From: Octopus sinensis
Taxonomy: Eukaryota
NCBI RefSeq assembly: GCF_006345805.1
Contig: NC_043006.1
Location: forward strand, 57,722,001 to 57,786,000
DNA length: 64,000 nucleotides
Direction: 5' to 3'
Of this stretch, positions 51,524-63,789 are shown piece by piece. Positions within the stretch are counted from its first letter, which is position 1; each line of letters begins with the position of its first letter. Both the position numbers and the translations under genes were made by a program. The notes beneath the pieces were generated by a model. The model did no database searches and had not been told where the DNA came from. It was given only the letters and a program-made list of their open reading frames with translations.

Positions 51524-51725
51524 GTGTTTCTATTATAGGTGCAAGGCTTAAAATTTTGTGGGGAGATGTTAGTCAATTACATTGATCACAGTACTCAACT
51601 GGTACTTATTTTGTTGACTCCAAAAGAATGAAGGACCAAGTTGACCTTAACAGTAAAGGAAATGAACAATTAATGAAAATCTCCAAATTATATTTTTTCC
51701 AAAAAGTTAATTTAAAAAGCAAAAA

Positions 51726-51756
<31 letters not shown>

Positions 51757-53741
51757 TATTTTCAATCTAAACTTTCTTTTTCCTTCTATTAGCTGTTCAA
51801 GTTGTTAGAAATAATTCAAGTGAATATTTGACTAAACTAAACTACAATAGTTGTTACAAATACATCAAAAGACAACTTAGACCAGCATCAAAACAACAAC
51901 AACAGCAAAAACAAAAGTGTTAGCCACTATATTCCAAAAGTGATCAGTTCAAATCTTACTGACAGATACAATACTATGTCTGAAACAGTAGTAGAAAAAA
52001 ATTGGACAGAATGAGTACCAACTACAGGTTTATGAAAAAAACTTGATACACAGTATGTTGACAACCAGAGTGTTGAGTACCTATATGGTGTGGATTATGT
52101 ATCAATAAATATTATAACCTCACATCTAAATGCATTTAGTCTTACTGAGAAAGATTTAAGGCCCATAAGGGTAAGTTTTGTGGTTTGATGTGCAAATTGA
52201 AGTGACAAATTTCATTGTTATTTAACACCTTAGTCAGGATTTGTTTACCTCGCTCTCTCCCCCAAGATACTGAGATAAAGTAGTACAAGACTTACTTATT
52301 AAAATGAAACCTCATGTGTGGACAACTACTCTCCCATTTCCACTCTCAAATGAAGTAGCAGAGAGGGCAGTAATCTAATGATTCAAGAGAAAAGAGAAGC
52401 AAGATTATAAATACTGAGTGCAACTCACAGCTAGTGAGAGTAAGAGTGTAGGTGATGCTTTATCCAGATGCTGAGTTGATGTGATGATTTACGTAAGGAA
52501 GGCAACTTTTATTACTTGATCATAATGATGGTGGTAGTGGTGGTGCTGATGATGATCATCATGGTAGTAGGGTTGAGACAAAGATGATGGTGGTAGTGGT
52601 GGTGTTGTTGGCGGTGGTGTTAGTGTTTGGTAATATTGATGCTGTTGCTGCTGATGATGATGATATTTCATTGTTGTTGAGCTCCTTTAAGTTCTCACCA
52701 CAGCTGCCACCCCCATCACTTGACTGACTAGAAATTGTCTGTAACAATTCATCTGCCTAAAGGTCTAGTAATAAATAACTCTGAAATAACATACTTAACT
52801 ACCACCGCAAGATTAGTGAATTGGGTCAGTGTTACTAAAAAAGCAGAAAACAAATACACCATACAGATTCTATGTTGGAGAAATCTGGTCTTACTTAAGA
52901 CCCTGGCATGAAGATTATTTTTAATATTGCTTAAGCACATTACAGACACACATTACAGCTATATGTCTCTTTCTCTCTCTCTCTCTCTACACACACACAT
53001 ATATATATATAAAGCCATACACACATACATATGCATTAAAAATACACACACATATTGTACACATATATGCTCATATATATACATACACATTAAAATTTTG
53101 TGTATATGTATATATATGTATACATATATGTGCGCATATATATGTATATATTGGTATGTACCTTTAGGTATATCTATGTGTGTACATGTATGTACATATA
53201 TATTTGTGTGTGACACCATCTTCATTTAAACGCCCACTTTTCCAACCTTGCATGGACATGGATCACAGGGTTAGATGAAACTTGTTGAGGTAAATTCTTC
53301 TACAGTTGGCTGCTCGTCCAGTTGCCAACCTTCACCTGTTTCCAGAGCAAGATTATATTTCCTTTGGTTCTTGAAACGAAAACAGTACAATATTTCATGG
53401 AAGGCTGCAGCCAAACAACACCATTTTATGCTAGTGACATTTATTTACAATTAGTACAAAATGTCAAAACAAGACAAGACAAGACATAAAGCACATTGAC
53501 AACTTGGACAAGTGTCCTCTACTACAGCCCCAGATTGACCAAAATCTTGTGAGTGGATTTGGTAGACTGAAACTGAAAGAAGCCTATTTTGTGTGTGTGA
53601 ATGTGTGTGTGTGAGATTGCATCCCCCGCTCCATATCACTTGACAACCAGCTTACATCCCTGTCACTTAGTAGCTCAGCAAAAGAAAATAAGTACCAGTT
53701 CCAGACTTTAGTAAATAAGTACTGGGGGTTCATTTGTTTGA

Positions 53742-53782
<41 letters not shown>

Positions 53783-53898
53783 AAAGCAATAAAGATTCAA
53801 GTTAATTTAAATGAATTTACTTGAATATGGTACCTAACTTAGATGCACCAAAAACAAACTATACTGTTTTAACAATACAGTAATGTGGGGTGATTATA

Positions 53899-54478
53899 AG
53901 CGAGAAAGAAGCAACAAGAATGGATAGGTTTTTAGTACAATCGTTTCATACAAGGACAGGCTTTATTAAAAGTTGTAAAAATTACAGCATATAAACGTGT
54001 CCCGTACTCATCAGCTAAAATACATGTGAGTTCTCTAGACATCCTAGTGGTTGAGGCTATACTCATGAAGTAATGTAGATAATTAAGTAACATAAACAGA
54101 TTTCCAAAGTTCATTAAAGTTCTTTAAAGATGATGTACAGTCTTATCACAGAATTTTAAAAAGGTTCTAATAGCATCACAGAGAAGGTGACCTAATCCAT
54201 AGAGCACATATGAATTTCCAGAGATATGATGAGGGATTACATACTCACAGAAGACAAATTTATCCATTGCTAATCACAACGAGGTGGGTCTCAATTCCTG
54301 CTTATTAGCATTACAGAGAGGGTGAATTAATCCTTTGTATAGATGCACAATTTCCAATGGTGTAGATGTAAGTTTCCAGAGAAATGAAGAGGAATTTCAT
54401 ATTCACAGGCGATAAGTTTATCAATGGTTGAACACAATGTACTAAAAACCTATCCATTCTTGTTGCTTCTTTCTCGCG
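53899..54478. mobile_element. Non-autonomous DNA transposon with 40-bp perfect TIRs and TA flanks (Tc1/mariner-like)
   Basis: gcgagaaagaagcaacaagaatggataggtttttagtaca at 53900 recurs inverted ending at 54477. Confidence 0.85.
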
Positions 54479-55559
54479 TATATATATATATATATATATA
54501 TATATACTAGCTTAAAAGCTGCATGATAGGGTGGCTTTTAGGCTAGCTCCTGTGGAGGGCTCTTCAATGGGCCTTGAAGCCAATAATGACACTTCATGCA
54601 TTAAGTACATATCAAATTTTATTAAACTTGACCAATATTCTTCAAGCAATGTAACAATTTTCTTCAAAACAATGATTTAATATATCGACTTGAAACTTAC
54701 TGCACAGCTGCTTGATAAACATTTTTTGTCTTCGCATTCAGGGGTCAGTACAATTTTCTTTTTTATCTAATCTCTTTCTTTCTCTCTCTCTCTCTTTTTC
54801 TGTTGATTGTTTTCAACCATCACCATCACCAGTACCACCACTATCGCCACCACAACTGCCATGCACACACCATTCAAACTTCTGACGTCACCACCATCAA
54901 CACCTTTGACATCGTTGCCTTCCCCTCCACCACCATCACTACTGTCTTTCACATCCCTTACTATCACCATCATGCTTGACCACCTCAGCTACCATCACCA
55001 CCACCACCAACATCACTGCCACCTCTGCCTCTACCACAACTACAGCTCATACTATTACTATCACCCCATTAACATCTCAACTGTCAATCTACTACCACCC
55101 TCACCATCTCTATGCCTACTATTACTCTCATCCCAGCAAGAGGAGTAGAAGTGTCACTGAATAGCAAAGGAGGAGGTCAAAGTGTGACACACTGACACAC
55201 ACAAATTTGTTTTGGCATTTATTATTATAGATATATATCCTTTATGTTCATTGATGGGAAATGTTTTAAATATGCTTATAAAAGCTCTTATTCCATTATA
55301 CCAGCTACAGCCTAATGATGCCAACTGGCAATGCCAGTTTTTTTGAGTTGTCCCGAGCTGTGCCAATATAATGTAGGATATATACAGTAATAATAATAAT
55401 AATAATAATCTTTGGATGGAATTTATAAATATTTTAATGCATCGCTACTTGCATGAACATGATCTACCCGATGTCCTCGGACACTATGGGCAGCACTGTA
55501 ATCATCCCAGAAATAGAGACTATGATTTTAAGAATACACACACATATTATACACATACT

Positions 55560-56156
55560 TTTCTCTCAAGGTACTTACACTCTGTCGATTATGAACACTG
55601 ACATAACACATCCATCGGAGCATACTGGCTTCATTTCTTGCGAGCTTACGCATATCCTCAGCAGTCACAGCCCATGTTTCACTACCATGTAGCATGGCTG
55701 TACATACACATGCATCATACAGTCTACATTTTACTCTGAGCGAGAGGCCTTTTGTCACCAGCAGGGGTAAGAGCTCTCTAAACTTTGCCCAGGCTATTCT
55801 TACTCTAGCAGTTACACTTTCAGCACACCCACCCCCGCTACTGACTTGGTCACCTAGGTAGCGGTAGCTATCAACTACTTCTAGTTTTTCTCCCTGGAAC
55901 GTGGTAGAAGTTGGTCTCTGCACATTTTCAGTGTTTATTGCTCCTGAGCATCTGCCACATACAAAAACTATTTTCCTAGTTAGCCTTCCTTTGACATTGC
56001 TGCACCTCTTATGTGTCCATAGCTTACACTTGGTGCACCTTATAGAGTTTCTACCTACACCTTTTTTACAGATCGAGCAGGGCCATCTACCTGAAGGCGT
56101 TTGTGATTGGTCTATCTTCCTACTTATTAGGACTTTGGTTTTGGCTAGGTTGATTC
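55560..56156 (-). mobile_element. RTE LINE fragment with uninterrupted RT C-terminal frame including an intact C4-H-C3 finger
   Basis: The core of ORF 55528..56403 (INLAKTKVL...WPCSICKKGVG...YLGD...LHGSETW...MLRWMC) is collinear with 44360-44950. Confidence 0.9.
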
Positions 56157-56399
56157 TAAATGGATACAAATGTGTTTCTTGAGGCCTGCTGGTGCCTTGC
56201 AAACATTTTGGCAAATGGAACAAGGACTCAGTTTGCTTGAGCGCCTGAAGATCATTTACTATGTATTTTCTTGAGTTGTTGGCTAGGCCTGCTTTACTTC
56301 GTATGTACACATACATGTATATTATGGAAGAGAGAGAGGTGTGCAGAGCAATAAGATTGGTGAGCTCCAATGCTACTCCTTTGTTATATTGACTGTATG

Positions 56400-56870
56400 G
56401 CACAGTGAAAAGGAGATTGGGTGAATGTTAGAAAGATGAAGACACATGAAATCTATTCTCTCAAATGCCGGAGCAGGCATTTGAGAGTATCTATTTTAAG
56501 TATGCTCCTTGTGCTTCCTTTACTTGTGCATTTGAAGTCTATCTTTTCCATTTGCCTGTCTGTGATTCTACTACACCTATCGTGCATCCATAGTTTATCA
56601 TGGATACACTATATGAAACTTCTTTTCTGCACAATGGCCATTTCCCTAAAGGTAGTAACACTCTGTCTTCTTTCCTACAAACAAATACTTTAGTCTTTGA
56701 CAAGCTCACTTTGAGAAGTGTTGATTCAGAGTATTTGCTTTTATGTCCAGAATTTCTTTGTTAGATCTTTGACTGATTCAACTATAAGAACTAGGTCACC
56801 AGCATATAAGAGTTCTTAATGAACAATCAAACTTAGACTCATCTGTTATGGCTTGGGGGATTATATTGAA
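56400..56870 (-). mobile_element. Old RTE RT remnant
   Basis: Minus strand reads ELLYAGDLVLIVESVKDL..KF, a decayed YADD region. Confidence 0.55.
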
Positions 56871-56904
56871 CTGATTAAGTACTACACTAATTACAAAATA
56901 GATG

Positions 56905-57100
56905 ACCAATTTCATTACCAACTAATTGCCAGTGTAATTATCCAACAAAATACTGGACTAACAACCATACCAGATAGATTACCAGAAAACTTATCAGGTA
57001 GATTACTGGCCTAATTACCTGATAGGTTACCAGATAAATTACTAAACAAATTACCAAAGTAATTACCAAACTAATTGCCAGACAAAATACTTGATTAGGT
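56905..57100. repeat. 12-bp degenerate minisatellite (attaccagataa-like)
   Basis: attacc / attact / attgcc recurring every 12 bp. Confidence 0.7.
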
Positions 57101-57889
57101 AGGTGCATGCAATATTCAGATACATCCCTTTATGATCTGACTTCAAATCCCACCTGAGATAATGTTGCCTTTCATCCTTCCAGAATCACTACAGCAATGG
57201 CCAGTCCTGTTCTAAAGTAGCTTTGTGCTAATGACAGAAACTATTATTGATATCTCAATTAGATGTGATGTAGAGAAGAAGTTACTGCTAACAGGAGAAC
57301 CAGAAAACTGTGTCAAGCATTTCTTAAGATCATTAATACTATAAGTGAAATCATTCCAAATGGGAACTGAAATCAGACCACGGAGTCTAACAATTAAAAA
57401 CGTACAGCTGTGTTAGCTTTAAAGATGTATGCACTAACCAACAACAATGAAAACAATGTAAACAACAACAACAACATTAAATAATAATGAGAATTCAATC
57501 TGAATACTCAAGAGAAACAAATCAGTTTTTACTGTAAACTAAAACTGGCTACATTACTCCTCATTACTGGAAACCTACTTCCACAGCATGAGAAATGTTT
57601 CTATATTGTGAGAGACAAGATTCTCTGTTAATCCATTATGCACACCATAAGCTTAAGAGTTTCTTCGTAACTATGACAATAAACTTACCACTGCATCAAT
57701 CACACAACATGTGTGTCTGTGACCAACCAAAACAACAATGTTGATTCCTTGCAGTTGCCAGAATGTAAATTTTATTTACTATAGAGAGAACTCAATTAAG
57801 AGTGTAGAGATTCTGCTTCCAACCTGGGAATTTCTTTTTACTTCTACTACAGATTCCATAACAATGACATCAGTATATAGTATTTCCTA

Positions 57890-58545
57890 AGTGCAACTGG
57901 TCTTAAATTCTTCTGTTGTGACCTAGAGGATTATGATGAATAGGAAGGGACTGAGAACTGGGACCTGGTGAACTCCTATATCTGAATACTAAATTCATTG
58001 CTGTACTAACTACTAACTCTAACCTTACTGTCAGCACTCCTGTATATAGCTTGAATAACTATCACTGGTCATTCACTGACCCCTATTTCCAGATCACTGA
58101 GCATGAGACCTTGTTGAAGGCTTTCACCAGGTCAATGAATGCCATATAAAATGGCTTACTTTTAGTTAAATATTTCTGCAGTTTTCTAATTAGAAAGAGG
58201 ATATTAATAGTACTGCTTCCAGGAGCAAAACCAAGTGGCATCTCATCTAGTCTAAATTTCTTCTTCATTAATTGGGTTATAATTCTTTCTGTAATTTTCA
58301 TAACCTGGTCCAGCAATTTTGACATCTTAGTAATTATCTCTACCTAAGGCATCTTCTTTACTCTTCTTGTAACATTTGACGATAATGCTGCTACACTAGT
58401 CATTGGGTGTGCAGTTGTATACTTTCCTGCACAATCTGATTAACCATACAGGTGACTAGGCTTCATCCAACTCCAACAGATATTTTTAGCATGTCTGCCA
58501 TAATTCCTGATGGACCAGGCTTTCCTTGCCTTCATATCCTTAATT
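57890..58545 (-). mobile_element. Old RTE RT remnant
   Basis: ORF 58083..58325 (KLLDQVMKITER...GFAPGSST...AFIDLVKAFNKV) and GVHQ..VLSPFLFII. Confidence 0.75.
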
Positions 58546-59279
58546 GTCAACTAGGATAGCTTGTTTCCTTGTTGGGTTTACATACAAATGCACATATATG
58601 CACACTTATAGAGCTGTTATATTAGTTGAGACAATAGTACTGTCAAAAGGTTTGTGCTTGTTATGCAATCTGATGATTTGATAATGTGGTATGTTTATAA
58701 AGTATTTCTGTACAAAATAAATATTTTTGTTAATGAAATACATGTAAGAATAAATTGAATTAATTTATCTCCACACTAGTTTTCCATTTGTATTCTATGT
58801 TATATGGTTATGTATGCATGTGTTTGTCTTCTACTGTAACCACAGTCTGAGCAAAGCTTTGTGAGTGGATTTGGCAGGCAGAAACTGAAAGAAGTCCATT
58901 GTGTATGTATGCATATATATATGTGTGTGTGTGTTGGGGGATGAATGTTAACATCATTGAATATCATGAGTTATAAACAGTGACATTGTTGTCAATTCCT
59001 TTTCCAACAAATTTTCATCCAGCTTTGCACATATGCATGTGTGAAATAAGAGATCCCTAATGGTTAGCAACAGGTAGGACATTTGGTTGTAAATCAGTAC
59101 CTTAACAAAGCATTTGTCTAACCCATGCTAGTATGGGAAAATGAACATAAAAACCAAACGAAAAAACAAATACACACACACGTACGTACGTATGTATGTA
59201 TGTATGTATGTGTATGTATGTATGTATTTCGCTTTACAGCTAGATAAAATGGAATCCAAATACACATATGTACACCCTG

Positions 59280-59575
59280 AAAGGGACAATGTTACCATTG
59301 TTTTAGCCCTAAGAAACATTGTTTCTAGCTGGCTATGTGACTCACTATCTGTATCCTTATATATTCAAACCGGGAGCTCAGCACTTCCATCTAGCACAGC
59401 CAAAGCAGCTACTCTGTGTTGATAAAGAGCAATAACCCAGAAACTAGTCCACAGATGTTTTGCACTAGATGGGAGTGCTGAGCTCCCTGTTCAAAAATAT
59501 AAGGACACAGTGTGTTGTATAGTCAGCTAGAAACGATGTTTCTTGGGGCTAAAACAATACTAACATCGTCCCTTT
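59280..59575. mobile_element. Foldback element (about 115-bp inverted arms) whose loop holds a minimal hammerhead-like motif
   Basis: Arms aagggac.atgtta..attgttttagccc.aagaaacat.gtttctagct...gggagctcagcact.ccatctag and their reverse complement; loop motif at 59413-59455. Confidence 0.75.
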
Positions 59576-60130
59576 TGAGACAGCCACATTATGTTAGCAA
59601 ATAGCATGTACTTTAAGGAACTGTTACTGAATGTCTGTCTTTGAGAGATTTAGAAATTATCATATTTACATCACACATACATTAGATTACATGAAAAATT
59701 TCAGAGTGAAGCAATAATGAGTAAATAGCTATTTGTAAAACAATGCAACTTTTAAGGAAACCTCTGTGATCAATCAATCTGCTAAAAATAGCAACTGAAT
59801 ACCCTTCAAATAACATTCCACCATCTTAAATAGGGAGTTAATGTAAACCTAGATGCCGCTAAAATGTCTCTGAAATGGCTTTGGCCGTAAGCCAGCTCAA
59901 TCAAAGCCAACTTGAGGCTACATGACAACAAGAAAGGAATATGATAACTTCTTTCACAACAATCAAATAATATGTAATTAATTCTGAAAAGAATAGCAAC
60001 GACAGAAAAGAATGGTGCATGTTTGATTGAGATGAATTAGAGTATTTGTATTTCAAGGTTTAGTTTGTTTAATTTTCTTTGCTTTTACAACTAAAAAAAA
60101 AAAAACTGTGATAAAGAAAAATGTACTCAC

Positions 60131-60267
60131 GTGATTTTTTTAAACTTGTCAATCATAGACTGTTTTACTGTCTCATCTTTTTTTTTATATCTGTCCCATA
60201 ATGGAACCACTGTTTTTGCCTTGGGTAAATCTTTGTATAATCCCAGCCAACTCAAGTAACCTATATT
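60131..60267 (-). CDS. PDE9: PDE9-like phosphodiesterase, first coding exon in window (NIGYLSWLGLYKDLPKAKTVVPLWDRYKKKDETVKQSMIDKFKKI-T); upstream exons lie outside the window
   Basis: Open frame, pyrimidine tract plus CTAG acceptor, GTGAGT donor. Ends in phase 2 (AC), which joins the first base of the 35350 exon to give Thr in frame. A second AG 7 nt inside would start the exon at 60260. Confidence 0.75.
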
Positions 60268-60552
60268 CTAGAATGAAAGAAAAACAGGAATGTTAAAACA
60301 AAAGAAAAAAAAAACAAACAAATTAGAAAATGCAGAAATTATATCCATGTCAAAAGGAATTTCATTCTTCAGATATTTCTTTTGCCATCACATCCATAGC
60401 CATGCTGGAGTACTGCTTTCAGGATTTATTAATAAATTGTTCTGTCACTTCTATGTTTTAATAGCTCTGCTGTACAATCATCAGATGGCATATTTCTACA
60501 TTTATATATATGTATATACATAAGAGAAACTATAGATAGAATTATATATATA

Positions 60553-60728
60553 GGCGCAGGAGTGGCTGTGTGGTAAGTAGCTTGCTAACCAACCACATGG
60601 TTCCAGGTTCAGTCCCACTGCGTGGCATCTTGGGCAAGTGCCTTCTGCTATAGCCCCAGGCCAACCAATGCCTTGTGAGTGGATTTGGTAGAAAGAAACT
60701 CAAAGAAGCCTGTCGTATATATGTATAC

Positions 60729-60760
<32 letters not shown>

Positions 60761-60964
60761 TTGTGTGTCTGCGTTTGTCCCCCTAGCATTGCTTGTCAAC
60801 CGATGCTGGTGTGTTTACGTCCCTGTCACTTAGCAGTTCAGCAAAAAGAAACCGATAGAATAAGTACTGGGCTTACAAAGAATAAGTCCCAGGGTCGATT
60901 TGCTCGACTAAAGGTGCTCCAGCATGGCCGCAGTCAAATGACCGAAACAAGTAAAAGTAAAAGT
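60553..60964 (+). mobile_element. SINE family A, full length
   Basis: Matches family A; tail abuts a family B copy. Confidence 0.9.
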
Positions 60965-60967
60965 ATA

Positions 60968-61188
60968 TATTTCTTTACTACCCACAAGGGGCTAAACACA
61001 GAGAGAACAAACAAGGACAGACAAACGGATTAAGTCAATTACATTGATCCCAGTGCAAAACTGGTACTTTATTTATCGACCCCGAAAGGATGAAAGGTAA
61101 AGTCGACCTCAGCAGAATTTGAACCCAGAACGTAACGACAGACGAAATACCGCTAAGCATTTTGCCCGGCGCGCTAACGTTTCTGCCA
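60968..61188 (-). mobile_element. SINE family B
   Basis: Closely matches 49014-49243. Confidence 0.85.
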
Positions 61189-61681
61189 AGTAGTCTTTTG
61201 CATAATTAAGAAAGCACCACCACCATTATATTTTCTAATCACTTTTTAAAAACTGTATTTTCAACAAGATATCAAAAAAAGAATAAGAAATTTATGAACA
61301 AGCATAAAATCACAAAAGATAAGCTTACATCTAGATCTAGGATTTAACAGACTATCTGTTTATTGTATCTGGAACCTAATATAGTATTCTGCACATCAGA
61401 GCTCTCTTAGGCATAATACCTTAGTTACAAGTGTTGAACAATACGCATACATTATGTAATTATATAAATAAAAATCATTTATTTTTATTCTACAGGACCA
61501 TATGACTTCTGTTGTGTAACTACAATCTTTGCTTAATGTTTTCATATCCAAAGCCTATATTTGTTGTCAAACTCTTACTGAGTGAACTAAAACAGTAGCA
61601 AAGACTATGATGTATATAGCTATGAAGTACCTTAGTTAAAGTATTAAGATATCAAATTATTACAATATTATTATTAATCCT

Positions 61682-62095
61682 AAGGTGGCAAACTGGCTGA
61701 ATCTTTAGCAGGCTGGGCAAAATGCTTAGTAGTATTTCATCCATCTTCACATTTCGAGTTCAAATTCTGCCAAGGTTGACTTTCTTTTCATTTATTTGGG
61801 GGTGTTAATAAAATGAATATCAGTTGAGCACTGAAATCAATGTAGTTGACTGCCCCCCCCCCCCCACCTGAAATTGCTGGCTTTGTGCTAAAATTTGAAG
61901 CCAAAATTATTATTAATCTCAGAAAGCAACAAGTTTGTAAAATTGTAGCATGCTGGAGAAAATACTTAGTAGCATTTCTTCTTAGTAGCATTTATATTCT
62001 GAGCTCAAATCCTACCAAAGTCACCAATCAAGTAGTGGAGACAAGGTAATTAACTTATCCCCTCTGTTCAGAGTCACTGGACTTGTGCCAAAATT
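61682..62095 (+). mobile_element. Two tandem old SINE family B copies
   Basis: aaggtggcaaactggctgaat...gagttcaaattctgcc..., with a second decayed unit following an attattatt spacer. Confidence 0.65.
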
Positions 62096-62829
62096 TGGGG
62101 AATTGAGAGAGAGAGAACAAAATGCTGTTGATTCAGTTCTGTACTCTACTGATTCATCAAATCCACAATTCTTTAAGTATCAGTATTATACTGGGGCTGA
62201 TGCAGCCAATCAGCCCCTACCAATTAGTCTTTTGCATAATTAAGAAAGCACCACCACCACCACCACTATATTTTCTAATCACTTTTTTAAAACTGTATTT
62301 TCAACAAGATACCGAAAAAAGAATAAATTTAATTTTGTTCTTGAGAACAAAATCTGAAAAACTTAAATGGAATTTCAGCAGAGGATTTATAAAATCTTTG
62401 TGTAATTTTCTGGCTACCCTTAACAGAAATGATGCTCTTTTACAGCTAACTGGGGTATGCAGAAAGCATTATTAGCAAAGTAAATCTGGGAAACATGTGA
62501 CCTGTTATTGGTAAATGTCATATTATGCTAAGTGGAATTTGTGGGTTGCCATTTGAGTTAGTCAGTTTGGCAGCAATTTCTTGAATTGCTCTAAACTGTA
62601 ACATGATGTCTGATCAAAGTTGATAAGAAAGTTCTTTGAAAGAATTTACTGGCGTAAAATGATGTGGGCTGGAGAAGTTCAAGTCTGCTAGAATCACCAA
62701 TATATAAAAAATGTAAGATTTGTCCATATTGTTAATTTTTTTCGTTTTTTTTTCATATTTGCTGGGTCTGGAGGAAGGAATAATGCCCATGGTCTTCACA
62801 GAATCAGCTATATCAGAGAGATTGATGCC

Positions 62830-63330
62830 TTTAATGTTCTTCTTGAACCTTTGTAAGTCAACCCATATGAGAAAGATATGAGCAAGAAGGGAGTTCTGAA
62901 GGGCTGACATTCTGGGATGGAATGACTAGGCATGATTATTAGCACAGGGCCTGGGGAGCTGGATGTAACAAGGGGGAAAAAAAGGGAGAAGAGTAGGATA
63001 GAAATGCCTGAGTGAAGCAGTGTGAAACCAACCAGCTCCAGGGAGCAGTAGCCATTATAGTAGTGATAGAAAAAGTAGAGAGAAGAGGCAGTATGCCTAA
63101 GGACTAGAGGTTGGACCACGTCTCTGAGTGACTTTTGTCCCTATCAATCAGTTGACCCTATTCTGGACGCAGTGAAATATATCTGTGTGTACAGCAACAA
63201 CAGCACTCTCTCAGATGCAAGCAACACTCCTCTGTGGATTGCACTTGAACTCATAGCTGAGAGTAAAAGTTACGCAGACAGTAGACTAGAGGCTTTTGAG
63301 ATCTTGATTAAATGTCTACATGTACCAGTG
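62830..63330 (-). mobile_element. Decayed CR1/Jockey-group LINE ORF2 C-terminal remnant (related trace at about 32530-32790)
   Basis: VQPLVLRHTASSLYFFYHYYNGYCSLEL resembles the LxxRRxxASLxxFYRYYxG motif of such elements. Confidence 0.55.
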
Positions 63331-63439
63331 GTGAAGTGGGTAAGGACATTACTACTTTTAGTTTAGAAATAAAGGTTCTAAGTTTGAATACAGAGTGGGG
63401 CCATATACATATCCAGGAATAAAACACTCAAAAACAATT

Positions 63440-63789
63440 GAAAAACAGAAGATAAAACAGTTTCGACCACTGGATTGTGGCCACACTGAGGGACTACCTT
63501 GAAGAATTGACCCCAATGCTTACTTTTTGAAGCCTGATACTTTTTTATGGGTCTCTTTTACCAAACCACTAAGTTACATAAACGCAGACACAAAGACATA
63601 CATGTATACACACCCACACATGTACATAAATACAAGAGGCTTCTTTCAGCTTCCATCAGTCAAATCCACTCACAAAGCTTTGGCCATCCCAGGGCTATAG
63701 TAGAAGACTGAGGTGCCATGCAGTGGGACTGAACTCAGAACCATGAAGTGGGGAAGCAAACATTTTACCACACAGCCATACCTGTGCCT
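63440..63789 (-). mobile_element. Old SINE family A copy
   Basis: Diverged reverse copy. Confidence 0.7.

Noticed and set aside
55528-56403. 291-aa ORF as a host gene
   Set aside because: The central part is an RTE LINE fragment; both ends are read-through into unrelated intron sequence.
35351-60130. Additional PDE exons or a nested gene in the 24.8-kb intron
   Set aside because: The flanking exons join in phase, and the coding-like segments I found were all transposon-derived. Small alternative exons cannot be excluded by eye.
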